This document shows positions 1-9,887 of a DNA stretch of 64,000 nucleotides, piece by piece; within the stretch, counting starts at the first letter, position 1, and each line of letters opens with the position of its first letter. The DNA comes from Candidatus Shapirobacteria bacterium (GTDB taxonomy: Bacteria; Patescibacteriota; Microgenomatia; UBA12405; BS750m-G30). The notes under the pieces are model-generated. The model was not told the DNA's origin. It saw only the letters and a list, made by a program, of their open reading frames with translations, and did no database searches. Position numbers and translations under genes: made by a program. Location: assembly GCA_043817235.1 (NCBI GenBank), contig JBDRHA010000007.1, positions 73,212 to 137,211 of the forward strand, given 5' to 3'.

Positions 1-1044
1 GAAAAAAGATCAGGTTTAAAAGATGAAGAAACCCGCTTTCGCCAAAGGTATTTAGAGCTGGCCATAGATCCAGAATTAAGAGAACTTTTTCGTAAAAAAG
101 CACTATTTTGGCAAACAATTCGGAATTTTTTGCTTAAAAAGGGATTTTTAGAAGTAGAAACTCCGGTTTTGGAAAATATTACTGGGGGTGCGGATGCCGA
201 TCCTTTTATTACCCATCATAATGCCTTGGATATTGATCTTTATTTGCGGATTTCTATGGGTGAGCTTTGGCAAAAGAGGCTGCTAGTTGGAGGTTTTGAG
301 AAAACTTTTGAGCTTGGCCGCCAATTTCGCAACGAGGGAGTTAGTTTTGAGCATCTTCAAGATTATACCCAAATGGAATTTTACTGGGCTTATGTTAATT
401 ATCTATCTGGCATGGAACTAGTGGAGGAAATGTATAAGGAAGTGGTAAAAAAAGTTTTTGGAAAAACCAAATTTGATATTGGTAAATTTAGTGTTGATTT
501 TGGCCGAAAGTGGGAAAAGATTGACTATGTTTCTAGAATTGAAAAAGAGCTAGGAATCGATGTTCTTAAGGCTGGCAAAAAAGAAATTCAGCAAAAGTTA
601 AAAAGCCTTAGGGTGGATTTTGATAATCATGAGAGGAAGGGAAGACTGATTGACAAGCTTTGGAAACAAATTCGGGTTAAAATTGCCGGCCCAGCTTTTT
701 TAGTTGACCATCCGGTGGAAGTTTCACCCTTAGCCAAAAGAAAGAAAGAAAACCCGGCTTTGGTGGAGCGTTTTCAAGTGATCTTGGCTGGCTCGGAAAT
801 GGGCAATGGCTACTCTGAGCTTAATGATCCAATTGATCAAAAAGAGCGCTTTGAAGAGCAGGCGGCGATGCGTAAAGAGGGAGATAAAGAGGCTCAAATG
901 GCGGATACTGATTTTGTGGAGGCTTTAGAGTATGGTATGCCGCCGGCCTGTGGATTTGGCGTTTCGGAGAGATTATTTTGTTTCTTGGTTGATAGGCCAG
1001 CGCGGGAATGTGTCTTTTTCCCATTATTAAGGCCTAAAAAATGA
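1..1044 (+). CDS. lysS: Lysyl-tRNA synthetase (class II), 5'-truncated by the window edge
   Basis: The reading frame is open from nt 1 (..RYLELAIDPELRELF..), and the catalytic core carries class-II motifs (FRNEG, GMELVEEMY..., C-terminal GGFG). It ends in TGA at 1042-1044. Confidence 0.9.
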   Translation, partial: EKRSGLKDEETRFRQRYLELAIDPELRELFRKKALFWQTIRNFLLKKGFLEVETPVLENITGGADADPFITHHNALDIDLYLRISMGELWQKRLLVGGFEKTFELGRQFRNEGVSFEHLQDYTQMEFYWAYVNYLSGMELVEEMYKEVVKKVFGKTKFDIGKFSVDFGRKWEKIDYVSRIEKELGIDVLKAGKKEIQQKLKSLRVDFDNHERKGRLIDKLWKQIRVKIAGPAFLVDHPVEVSPLAKRKKENPALVERFQVILAGSEMGNGYSELNDPIDQKERFEEQAAMRKEGDKEAQMADTDFVEALEYGMPPACGFGVSERLFCFLVDRPARECVFFPLLRPKK

Positions 1045-1601
1045 ACAGAGATAAGCTAATTTCTATTTTAGAGCGAGAAGTTGAGAATAAAAATATTATT
1101 AAGCACATGCTGGCAACTGAAGCATGTATGAAAGCGCTGGCGCGCCAGTTAAGAGGGGACGAAGAGGAATGGGCGCTGTCAGGCTTAATGCATGATGGCG
1201 ATTATAAAGAAAGCGTGCCGGTGGAAAAACAGGGAGTAGAAATAGTAGATATCTTGAAAAAGGAAGGAATTGAAGTTTCGCCCGCTGTGGGCCAAGCGAT
1301 GGCCGCTCATAACTGGAGCAACACTGGCGTGGAGCCCAAAGCTTTAATGGATTGGTCTTTGTTTTGCGCTGATTCTTTAACTGGTTTGATTGTGGCTACG
1401 GCCTTGGTGCTTCCTGGCAAAAAATTGAGCGAAGCGACAGTAGAGCGAGTATTAAATCGATTTAAAGAAAAATCGTTTGCCCGCGGAACCAGAAGGGAAG
1501 ATATTCAGATGTGTGAAAAAAAGCTAGGAATTTCTTTAGAAGATTTTATTAAAATTTGCTTAAAAGCAATGCAGAAAATTAGTAGAGAATTAGGACTATA
1601 A
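1041..1601 (+). CDS. HD-domain phosphohydrolase
   Basis: An HD signature is present (..SGLMHDGDYKE..) in a 186-aa protein. Its ATG overlaps the lysS stop codon (ATGA). Confidence 0.6.
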   Translation: MNRDKLISILEREVENKNIIKHMLATEACMKALARQLRGDEEEWALSGLMHDGDYKESVPVEKQGVEIVDILKKEGIEVSPAVGQAMAAHNWSNTGVEPKALMDWSLFCADSLTGLIVATALVLPGKKLSEATVERVLNRFKEKSFARGTRREDIQMCEKKLGISLEDFIKICLKAMQKISRELGL

Positions 1602-1602
1602 A

Positions 1603-2864
1603 ATGCTAGATCCAAAATATATTCGGGAAAACAAAGAAAAAGTTGAGATAGGGGTAAAAAATAAAGGTTATGGTGAGGAATTAGTGAATCATTGGTTAAA
1701 AATTGACCAAAAATGGCGCAAGCTTTTAGAAAAAATAGAGGCCTTAAGGGCAAAAAGAAATAAGCTCAACGAGGTATTAAAGAGCCGCCAAGGAAAACCT
1801 CCGGCGGATCTTTTAAAACAAGGAAAAACATTAAAAAATGAGCTGATTCAAGAAGAAGAAAAGCTGGCTATAATAGAAAAAGATTGGAAAAAAGCTCTGT
1901 GGAAAATTCCAAACATTCCGGCTGATGATGTTCATGTTGGCCGGAGCGAAAAGAAAATAAAGTAGTTGAGACTTGGGGAAAAACTCCGAAATTTTCTTTT
2001 GGGCCCAAAGATTATCATGAATTAGGGAAAAAATTAGGTCTTGTTGACGTAAAAAGAGCCAGCAAGGTATCAGGCAGTCGTTTTGGGTATCTAGAAAAAG
2101 AGGCTGTTTTTTTGGAATTCGCTCTAGTTCAGTTAGCCTTGGAAACCCTAGTCCCAGAGGGATTTATTCCGGTAATTCCGCCCGTTTTAATTAAAAAGCG
2201 AATGGAGGCGGCTTTAGGTTATGCCGAGCATGGCGGTTGGAAAGATATGTATGAATTAAAAGAGGACGGTTTAGTTTTAGTAGCTACGGCCGAACATTCA
2301 TTAGCCGCCATGCACGCTCAAGAAACAATTGATGAGAGAAAACTTCCTTTGCGTTACATTGGATTTTCCACCTGCTTTCGTAGAGAAGCTGGATCTTATG
2401 GCAAAGATACTCGAGGAATTTTCCGGGTTCACCAGTTTGATAAAGTAGAGATGCTAGCTTTAACTAAGCCCGAGAATTCCGATAAGGAGCATGAATACTT
2501 GGTTTCTTTAGAAAAGAAATTGATGCAATTACTAGAACTTCCACACCAAGTAGTGAAAATGTGCACGGCGGATTTAGGTCAGCCAACAGTGCGAAAGTAT
2601 GATATAGAAACCTGGTTTCCGAGCGAAAAAAAATATCGGGAAACTCATTCTTGCAGCAACTGTACTGATTATCAATCTCGCCGATTAGGGATTAAGTATC
2701 AAGGGCAAGGAAAAACAAGCTATGTCCATCTTCTTAACGGAACGGCTTTTGCTGTTGGCCGGACTATTTTGGCGATTTTGGAAAATTATCAGCAGAAAGA
2801 CGGCAGCGTTCTTGTTCCTCAAGTTCTCCAAAAATGGATGGGAAAAGAGAAAATAGCTGCTTGA
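1603..2864 (+). CDS. serS: Seryl-tRNA synthetase, interrupted by an apparent 1-nt frameshift in an A-rich run near 1945-1962
   Basis: The 1603-1965 ORF is the SerRS N-terminal coiled-coil arm (..IPNIPADDVHVG..). The catalytic domain (VVETWGKTPKFSFGPKDYHELGKKLGLVD.. FSTCFRREAGSYGKDTRGIFRVHQFDKVE) continues in another frame from about 1962. The track ORF 2112..2864 is the tail of that second frame. Confidence 0.85.
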
Positions 2865-2880
2865 GTGCTATAATTTAGGG

Positions 2881-5583
2881 ATGTTTAATAAGCTAAAAAA
2901 TTTGTTTGACTATAATCGAAAAGAGATTGGACGCCTGAATAGAATAGTGGGAGAAATAAATAAGTGGGAGCCTCGGATCAAAAAGCTTTCAGACATCAGG
3001 TTAAAAGCCAAAACCGCTGAATTCAAAAAGAGAATTGTTAAGGGTGAAGCGGTGGAGAGTTTGCTTCCCGAAACTTTTGCGGTAGTGCGGGAAGCGGCCA
3101 GCCGGACTTTAGGTCAGCGCCATTATGATGTTCAATTAATGGCCGGAATTGCTTTATTTGAAGGGAAAATTGCCGAACAAAAAACTGGAGAGGGAAAGAC
3201 TTTAACAGCTACTTTGCCGCTTTATTTGCGAGCCCTAAAAGGAAAAGGCGCTCACTTAGTAACGGTAAATGATTATCTGGCTCGTATTGGCACGGGCTGG
3301 ATGGGGCCAGTTTATGATTATTTAGGTTTAACTACAGGGTGCATTATTCCCCAGGAATCTTTTCTTTTTGACGCTTCTTATAAAGGCCAGTCCTCAGATT
3401 GGCGTCTTAAGCGCTTAAAGCCAGTTGAAAGAAAAGAGGCTTATCTTGCTGATATTACTTATGGAACAAATAATGAATTTGGTTTTGATTATCTTCGCGA
3501 TAATATGGTTCAGGGCTTAAGCGTCATGGTTCAACGAGGTCACGCTTATGCGATTGTGGACGAAGTGGATTTTGCTTTGATTGATGAGGCGCGTACTCCC
3601 TTAATCATTTCTTCTCCGGCCGGCGACTCCAGCCGGGAATACCACCAATATTCTTCTTTGGCGGCAGAGCTTTTGTCAGAATCAGACTATATTATTGACG
3701 AGAAGGAGAGATCAGCGGTTTTAACTGAGTTTGGGATTAGGAAAGTAGAGCGTAAGCTTGGGGTAAACAATCTATATGAAGAAGACTTTGAAACTATTCA
3801 TCACATTGAAAATGCGCTTAAAGCGAGAACCTTGTTTCAAAAAGATAAAGATTATGTAATCAAAGATGGGCAGGTAATTATTGTGGATGAGTTTACCGGC
3901 CGGCTGATGCATGGCCGACGCTGGTCAGATGGTTTGCATCAGGCAGTAGAGGCTAAGGAGGAAGTTTCCATTCAGCAGGAGAGCAAAACCTGGGCAACGA
4001 TTACCTTTCAAAATTATTTTCGCTTATATAAGAAGCTCGCCGGAATGACTGGAACTGCGGCAACAGAAGCAGAAGAATTTAAGAAGATTTATGATCTCGA
4101 TGTAGTAGCAGTGCCAACCAATAAACCGGTAGTTAGAGAAGATTATCCGGATTATATTTATAAAAACCAGCGGTCTAAGTATGCGGCTATAGCGGCTGAA
4201 ATTCAAAAGTGTTATGAGTGCGGCCAGCCGGTTTTGGTGGGAACTACCTCGATTGAAAAAAATGAGCTTGTTAGCCGGTATTTAGCAAAAAAGAAAATTC
4301 CTCACCAGATACTAAATGCCAAGAATCATGAGAAAGAAGCGGAAATTATTGCCGAAGCAGGAAAAGTAAAAGCGATAACCGTAGCCACAAACATGGCGGG
4401 CCGAGGGGTGGATATTATCTTGGGAGGGGAAAAACCAGAAAAAACTAAAAGCAAAAAACTAAAAGCAAAAAACGAGAAAGAATGGGAAAAGGAACACGAA
4501 AAAGTAATTAGACTAGGAGGATTGCATGTAGTGGGGACGGAAAGACATGAGGCGCGCAGGATAGATAATCAGCTTAGGGGCCGCTCCGGCCGCCAAGGTG
4601 ATCCAGGGTCCTCGCGTTTTTTTGTCAGCTTGGAGGATGACCTAATGCGAGTTTTTGGCGGTGAGCAAATTTCCAACTTAATGACTCGATTTAAAATGCC
4701 TGAAAATATTCCTCTTTCCCATCCAATGGTCTCCCGGGTTTTAGAGCAGATTCAAATTAAAGTTGAAGGATTTAATTTTGATATTCGGAAAAGCTTAGTG
4801 GAGTATGACGATGTAGTAAACAAACAACGGGAAATAATTTATTTAAAAAGAAAGGCAATTTTAACTAATTATGATAAAAAACCAAAGAAGCTAAGAAAGG
4901 AAGTTTTGAAAATCTTAAAAAAGGAAATTAAAGAAAATGTTTCTTTTAGTTTAGATTCGATTAGCTTGGAAATAGATAGAGGAAAGTTGGTTTTGGGCTT
5001 TTGGGAGATATTGCCGGTGGAAGAAGAGAGTGAAAGAGAAAGAATCAGGAAAAAAATTAAAGGCAAAAACGAGGAAGGAATAAAAAATATTCTTTGGTCT
5101 TTAGCTAAAGAATTTTATCAGGAAAGAGAAAAAACTTTTGGCCCAAAAGTTGCTCGAGATATTGAAAAATCTGTTTATTTACATACCCTAGACAATCTTT
5201 GGGTGGATCATTTAACCTCTTTGGATGACCTTAAAGAGGGTGTGCGCTTGCGCGGCTATGGCCAGCGTGATCCTTTGGTAGAATACCGAAAAGAAAGTTT
5301 TGATCTTTTTCAGAAATTATTGGCCAATATTGAGTATCACTTAGCCCGAAGGATCTTAAAAATTAAAGTCCAAATGACAATGCCGGGCACAAGCCAAACA
5401 GTAGAGAGCCGGGGGCAGATTATTTCTCCTCAGGCAGAGAAGAAAGAGGAGCTTAGGCCGAGTGGTAATCAAAAAGTGAGGCCGGTAATTTCCGGCAAAA
5501 AAAAGCCAGGTCGAAATGACCCTTGCTGGTGCGGGTCAGGCAAGAAATATAAGAAGTGCCACTATCCCCAAACTGCCGATTAA
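2881..5583 (+). CDS. secA: Preprotein translocase ATPase SecA
   Basis: The 900-aa protein has the DEAD-like motor motifs (GEGKTLTATLP, DEVDFALIDEARTPLIIS) and the C-terminal zinc motif CWCGSGKKYKKCH. Confidence 0.95.
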   Translation: MFNKLKNLFDYNRKEIGRLNRIVGEINKWEPRIKKLSDIRLKAKTAEFKKRIVKGEAVESLLPETFAVVREAASRTLGQRHYDVQLMAGIALFEGKIAEQKTGEGKTLTATLPLYLRALKGKGAHLVTVNDYLARIGTGWMGPVYDYLGLTTGCIIPQESFLFDASYKGQSSDWRLKRLKPVERKEAYLADITYGTNNEFGFDYLRDNMVQGLSVMVQRGHAYAIVDEVDFALIDEARTPLIISSPAGDSSREYHQYSSLAAELLSESDYIIDEKERSAVLTEFGIRKVERKLGVNNLYEEDFETIHHIENALKARTLFQKDKDYVIKDGQVIIVDEFTGRLMHGRRWSDGLHQAVEAKEEVSIQQESKTWATITFQNYFRLYKKLAGMTGTAATEAEEFKKIYDLDVVAVPTNKPVVREDYPDYIYKNQRSKYAAIAAEIQKCYECGQPVLVGTTSIEKNELVSRYLAKKKIPHQILNAKNHEKEAEIIAEAGKVKAITVATNMAGRGVDIILGGEKPEKTKSKKLKAKNEKEWEKEHEKVIRLGGLHVVGTERHEARRIDNQLRGRSGRQGDPGSSRFFVSLEDDLMRVFGGEQISNLMTRFKMPENIPLSHPMVSRVLEQIQIKVEGFNFDIRKSLVEYDDVVNKQREIIYLKRKAILTNYDKKPKKLRKEVLKILKKEIKENVSFSLDSISLEIDRGKLVLGFWEILPVEEESERERIRKKIKGKNEEGIKNILWSLAKEFYQEREKTFGPKVARDIEKSVYLHTLDNLWVDHLTSLDDLKEGVRLRGYGQRDPLVEYRKESFDLFQKLLANIEYHLARRILKIKVQMTMPGTSQTVESRGQIISPQAEKKEELRPSGNQKVRPVISGKKKPGRNDPCWCGSGKKYKKCHYPQTAD

Positions 5584-5589
5584 TTATCT

Positions 5590-6365
5590 TTCTTATCAAC
5601 CTCGGGAGTTGATTATCCTTGCAACCTCGGAATTTTTATTCATTAGTTAAAAATTCAATTTTTTTGAGTTCTTTTTGATAATCTTTTCTGTTAAAGACGA
5701 AATCTTTATAATTTTTAGACTTGTTGTGAGAAATAATTATTTCTTTTTTGCATATTTCTTGATTGTTGCTTAAATATTCCTGCAGCGAAGACCAAGGATA
5801 ATTTTTTAGTTGTTTTGAAGTATTTACTATTGCTGAGGAATATGGATTAAGGTGTATATATCGAGTAAGATGAAGAAGCTGCTCTTCATTGTTTACTAAA
5901 ACGGCCTTAAATCTGCCCTGAAAAAGTGGCCCAAATTTATCTTGCTTTTTGTTAAAATACCTTGCATATCCGTTTTGTACAGTAGCCATTAATTTTGATA
6001 TGCCATCATTTCTGTTTTGTTTTAAAAGAACATGGAAGTGGTTGGGCATTAGACAATAACAGATAATATCTGCATATTTAATATCTTCCTTTGAAAGATT
6101 TCTTAGGATTTTCTGTCTTTCTTCACTTTTTAAGATTAAAAATTTAGAATAACTACCAGGATGGTCTGAATGTTGATAGTAACTAAGCAGATCTTTAAAT
6201 CTTTGATAATCTCTCTTGCTTAAAAATATTGGCTGGCCATTGCTGCCGCGATTATAAACATGATAGTAGTAGTTAGTTACTAGAGGCAAAAATCTTCCTG
6301 GCATAGGTCAAAGATAACATCATAATTCCGATGTTGCAATAGCAATCAACTCCCGAGGTTGACTG
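5590..6365. mobile_element. IS200/IS605-family element (Y1 transposase only, possibly RAYT-like) bounded by palindromic hairpin repeats
   Basis: A transposase gene is flanked by mutually inverted hairpin sequences, ATCAACCTCGGGAGTTGAT (about 5596-5614) and AATCAACTCCCGAGGTTGA (about 6340-6358). A second, imperfect pair lies inside these (TTGCAACCTCGGAAT versus ATTCCGATGTTGCAA). Confidence 0.65.
5636..6304 (-). CDS. tnpA: HUH-type Y1 transposase, IS200-like / REP-associated tyrosine transposase family
   Basis: An HUH motif (..MPNHFHVLL..) and a catalytic tyrosine region (..LTRYIHLNP..) are present; the N-terminal YHVYNRG.. is typical of IS200 TnpA. At 222 aa it is longer than canonical IS200 TnpA. 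Confidence 0.7.
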   Translation of the reverse strand: MPGRFLPLVTNYYYHVYNRGSNGQPIFLSKRDYQRFKDLLSYYQHSDHPGSYSKFLILKSEERQKILRNLSKEDIKYADIICYCLMPNHFHVLLKQNRNDGISKLMATVQNGYARYFNKKQDKFGPLFQGRFKAVLVNNEEQLLHLTRYIHLNPYSSAIVNTSKQLKNYPWSSLQEYLSNNQEICKKEIIISHNKSKNYKDFVFNRKDYQKELKKIEFLTNE

Positions 6366-6368
6366 TTT

Positions 6369-6791
6369 TTGATTGGTAAATCTGGTAAAATTAACTACGT
6401 GGGCAAAAAGCTAAAACAAGATATTCCTAAACAGGCTTGGCTAAGGCTGGGGTTACTTTCTGTTTTAATTTTGGGTGCTGTTTGGCTTGCTACCGCTCGT
6501 TCCCCAAAATCCCCTTCAGGGGTAGTGGTAGGTGAAAAGCTAGAGCTTCCGGAGGGGGTGAATAAGGGGATCCAGGTTTTAGGCGAAACTGTGGATAAAA
6601 TTATGCCGGAGACTAAAGGAACTATGGTGAGCACAGTGGAGGAAACTCAAATAGTGGAGGAAATAAAAAAGACAGTGGCCTCTTTAACTGAACAGATTAA
6701 TGGTTTTCCCCAAAAACAGGAAAAAGAGATTAAAAGACAGGTAATTGAGGATGTATGCAGTCAACTATTAAATGACTTGGAAGAGGAATAA
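6369..6791 (+). CDS. Hypothetical membrane-anchored protein
   Basis: The ORF has an N-terminal TM segment ([15 protein letters not shown]) and no recognisable domain. It uses a non-ATG start, and a GTG at about 6398 is an alternative. Confidence 0.35.
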   Translation: MIGKSGKINYVGKKLKQDIPKQAWLRLGLLSVLILGAVWLATARSPKSPSGVVVGEKLELPEGVNKGIQVLGETVDKIMPETKGTMVSTVEETQIVEEIKKTVASLTEQINGFPQKQEKEIKRQVIEDVCSQLLNDLEEE

Positions 6792-6793
6792 GT

Positions 6794-7873
6794 GTGGAAG
6801 AAAGACTAGGTGATTTAGAAAAAAAGCTGAAAAGCCTAAAAGAAAGGCTTTCTTTAAAAGAAAAAGAAGAAGAGCTAAATAGGCTAAAAAAAGAAGCAGG
6901 AGAAAAAGATTTTTGGCAAGACAGCCAGCAAGCTTCCAAAATAACGAGCCGGATTGGGTTTTTGGAAAAGGAACGAGGAGAAATAGCTCAGATGAAGCAA
7001 AGAATAGATTCTTGTAAAGAAATTGCTCTTTTGTTGGAGAAGGATCGCGATAAAGAATTGGAGGATCAGCTGGAGCAGGAAATAGCGGACATAGAGAAAA
7101 AGATGGAAGAATTGGAGGAAAAGAAATATTTATCGGGCAAATACGATGACCATGGAGCTCTTCTTTCTATTCACGCTGGCCAAGGAGGAACAGAGGCTAT
7201 GGATTGGGCAAGCATGCTGGAGCGGATGTATTTGCGCTTTTGTGAAAGCCGAAAATGGAAAACAACAGTAGTTGAGCTAGTTGCTGGTGATGAGGCGGGA
7301 ATCAAATCGGCAACACTGAAAGTTGATGGTTTTCAGGCATATGGCTATTTAAAAAAAGAGGCGGGTATCCATCGCCTGGTGCGTATTTCTCCGTTTAATG
7401 CCCAGCATCTGCGCCAAACTTCCTTTGCCAAAGTTGAGATATTGCCCTTGATTGAAGATGAGAAGGAAGTAGAGATTGGTCCTGATGATTTGGAATTTGA
7501 AGCCTTTCGGGCTGGTGGTCACGGAGGCCAGAACGTAAATAAAGTAGAAACAGCTGTAAGAATTAAACACAAACCAACGGGCATTGTTGTTTCCAGCCAG
7601 TCTGAGCGCTTTCAGGAAAAGAACCGACAAATTGCCATGAGCGTTTTAAGAGCTAAATTGGCAGAAATTGAGGAAGAAAAAAGGAAGCAAGAAGAGCAAA
7701 GACTAAAAGGGAAAAACCCGTTGCCTTCTTGGGGCCGCCAAATCCGCTCTTATGTTTTGCATCCCTACAAGATGGTTAAAGACTTGCGTACTCAAGCAGA
7801 ATCTAACGATCCGGATTCAGTTTTAGCCGGCAAATTAGATTCTTTTATTGAAGCGGAAATAAAATTAGAATAA
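6794..7873 (+). CDS. prfB: Peptide chain release factor 2
   Basis: The SPF tripeptide motif (RISPFNAQH) and the GGQ motif ([19 protein letters not shown]) are present with a conserved C-terminus. It uses a GTG start and has no internal frameshift site. Confidence 0.9.
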   Translation: MEERLGDLEKKLKSLKERLSLKEKEEELNRLKKEAGEKDFWQDSQQASKITSRIGFLEKERGEIAQMKQRIDSCKEIALLLEKDRDKELEDQLEQEIADIEKKMEELEEKKYLSGKYDDHGALLSIHAGQGGTEAMDWASMLERMYLRFCESRKWKTTVVELVAGDEAGIKSATLKVDGFQAYGYLKKEAGIHRLVRISPFNAQHLRQTSFAKVEILPLIEDEKEVEIGPDDLEFEAFRAGGHGGQNVNKVETAVRIKHKPTGIVVSSQSERFQEKNRQIAMSVLRAKLAEIEEEKRKQEEQRLKGKNPLPSWGRQIRSYVLHPYKMVKDLRTQAESNDPDSVLAGKLDSFIEAEIKLE

Positions 7874-7903
7874 TATGGTATAAGGTTAAAATAGAAAAAG
7901 GAG

Positions 7904-8329
7904 GTGAAAGTGGAAGAGCAGGAAAAAAAGAAATTAATTTTGCTAGTTAGCGCAGTTTTTATCTTAGGATCAATTAGCGGCTGGGGATTATTCCGGCTTA
8001 CCAGCCGGTCAACCTCAACAGAAAACAAGACAGGAGAAATGGCTGCTCTGATTTCTGGCCAAGAGATCAAGGTAGGCAAGACGTATGGTCAAGAAGGTGG
8101 CGTTTTTAAAGATGAGGCAGAGGGGATGATTATCGTTAACGACGAAGGAGGCCAGGGTACTCACAAGCTTATTCGTGAGGGAGGAGAATCCCAGTCGGCT
8201 CATCTAATTTCTTCGGTTTTGGATTTAAACTTATTTATTGATCACAAGGTTAAGGTTTGGGGAGAAACCTTTTCCTCAGATGAAGTAGGCTGGCTCATGG
8301 ACGTAGGCCGGGTGGAAGTTTTGCAGTAA
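7904..8329 (+). CDS. Hypothetical secreted/membrane-anchored protein
   Basis: A GTG start is preceded by AAGGAGG and followed by an N-terminal TM helix. The stop overlaps the ftsE start. Confidence 0.45.
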   Translation: MKVEEQEKKKLILLVSAVFILGSISGWGLFRLTSRSTSTENKTGEMAALISGQEIKVGKTYGQEGGVFKDEAEGMIIVNDEGGQGTHKLIREGGESQSAHLISSVLDLNLFIDHKVKVWGETFSSDEVGWLMDVGRVEVLQ

Positions 8330-9015
8330 TGGAAATAGTTTTTAAAGGAGTAAGTAAGTCATTTGGTTCCTTAGAAGCCCTAAAAGATATTTCTTTTAGG
8401 GTAAAAGCGGGCGAATTTTCTTTTTTAACCGGAACTTCGGGAGCAGGAAAGACGACGATATTTAAGATTATTACCGGCCAGATTGTTCCGGACGAGGGCG
8501 AAGTGAAAGTAGGCGAATGGCTGGTGTTTGGCGGCCAAAAAAAAATTTCACCGAAAGAGCTTCTTGCTTTACGAAGAAAGGTTGGTTTAATTTTTCAGGA
8601 CTTTCAGCTTATTGAAGAATATACGGTTGAAGAAAATGTTAGCCTGGCTCTGGATATTTTATGTGTAAGGGGTAGAGATTGTTCTGAACAAGTAGGCAAG
8701 GTGCTGGAGAAAGTGGGGTTGCTTTCCAGAGCCAAAGCTTTTCCCCGCCAGCTTTCCGGAGGCGAGCTTCAGCGGCTTTCTTTGGCTCGGGCTTTAAGCA
8801 TGAAGCCCGAGATTTTGCTGGCCGATGAGCCGACCGGAAATTTAGACCCGGAAACCAGCTGGCAACTGATTGCTTTACTTGATAAGATTAACAAAGAAGG
8901 GACCACGTTGCTCATGGCCACCCATAATTTTGATATTGTTGATTCCTTTGAAAAAAGAGTAATTAAGCTAAAAAACGGCAAATTAGTCAGTGATAAAAAG
9001 AAAGGCAAATATTAG
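8329..9015 (+). CDS. ftsE: Cell-division ABC ATPase FtsE
   Basis: Walker A (GTSGAGKTT), the ABC signature (LSGGELQRLSLARAL) and Walker B (LLADEPTGNLD) are all present. Confidence 0.9.
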   Translation: MEIVFKGVSKSFGSLEALKDISFRVKAGEFSFLTGTSGAGKTTIFKIITGQIVPDEGEVKVGEWLVFGGQKKISPKELLALRRKVGLIFQDFQLIEEYTVEENVSLALDILCVRGRDCSEQVGKVLEKVGLLSRAKAFPRQLSGGELQRLSLARALSMKPEILLADEPTGNLDPETSWQLIALLDKINKEGTTLLMATHNFDIVDSFEKRVIKLKNGKLVSDKKKGKY

Positions 9016-9887
9016 TGAAAGCAACTACTAAAGTTTGGCAATATTTGCGCCGCAGCCCCCACCAAAGCTTAGCGGCTACAATGGTTATGTTCTCAAATTT
9101 TTTTCTTATTTCAGCCGTAGTTTTTGTGCTTTTTGGCTTAAGTTCAGTTTTGCGATTTTTAGAAACGAGGCCTGAGGTGACGGCCTTTCTGAAGGATGAG
9201 GTTAGCACTGCTCAGCGGGATGCTTTGGTTCAAAAGCTTGAGGCAGAAGAGGGAATTAAGGAGGTGCGCTATGTTAGCAAAGAAGAAGCCTTAAAAATTT
9301 ATCAGCAGGATTTTTCGGATAATCCTTTACTTTTAGAAATGGTAACTGCCGAAGTTTTGCCGGCTTCTTTAGAAATTTCTGCTCAAAGCCCGGAAGTTCT
9401 TAAAAATGTTGTTTCTGAGCTTACTTCTCAGGCCGATTTATTTGAAGAAGTGGTTTTTCAGCAGGAAGTAGTAGATTCGCTTTTAAAATGGACGCAAACC
9501 GCGGAGAAAATTGGCGGTGGATTAATAGTTTTTCTTTCTATGGTCTCCTTGGTGGTAATCTGGGTAATTATTAGCATGAAAATTACTTTGCGAAAAAAAG
9601 AAATTTCCATTTTAAACTTACTGGGAGCAGAAGGGAGCTATATTCGTAATCCCTTTTTACTGGAAGGAATTTTTTACGGAGTAGTAGGGGCGATTTTAGG
9701 TTGGAGTATTGTGGTGACTATTTCTTTTTTAATTCGGCCCAAGTTAGTAGATTATTTTCAACAAATACCGTTTTGGCCCAGCTCTTTTCTTCCGTTTCTT
9801 TTAATTTTGGGTGCAGAAATGCTTTTTGGGGCAATTATCGGCTTGCTGGCCAGCTTCATGGCCGTTAAAAAGCAGCTGCACAAATGA
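9015..9887 (+). CDS. ftsX: Cell-division permease-like protein FtsX
   Basis: The periplasmic loop follows TM1 and four TM segments are present, directly downstream of ftsE. Confidence 0.85.
   Translation: MKATTKVWQYLRRSPHQSLAATMVMFSNFFLISAVVFVLFGLSSVLRFLETRPEVTAFLKDEVSTAQRDALVQKLEAEEGIKEVRYVSKEEALKIYQQDFSDNPLLLEMVTAEVLPASLEISAQSPEVLKNVVSELTSQADLFEEVVFQQEVVDSLLKWTQTAEKIGGGLIVFLSMVSLVVIWVIISMKITLRKKEISILNLLGAEGSYIRNPFLLEGIFYGVVGAILGWSIVVTISFLIRPKLVDYFQQIPFWPSSFLPFLLILGAEMLFGAIIGLLASFMAVKKQLHK

Noticed and set aside
6794-7873. Programmed +1 frameshift in prfB
   Set aside because: The RF2 ORF is continuous from a GTG start through the SPF and GGQ motifs, and no CUU-UGA-C shifty site interrupts it. 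Absence of the autoregulatory frameshift is known in various lineages and is not remarkable.
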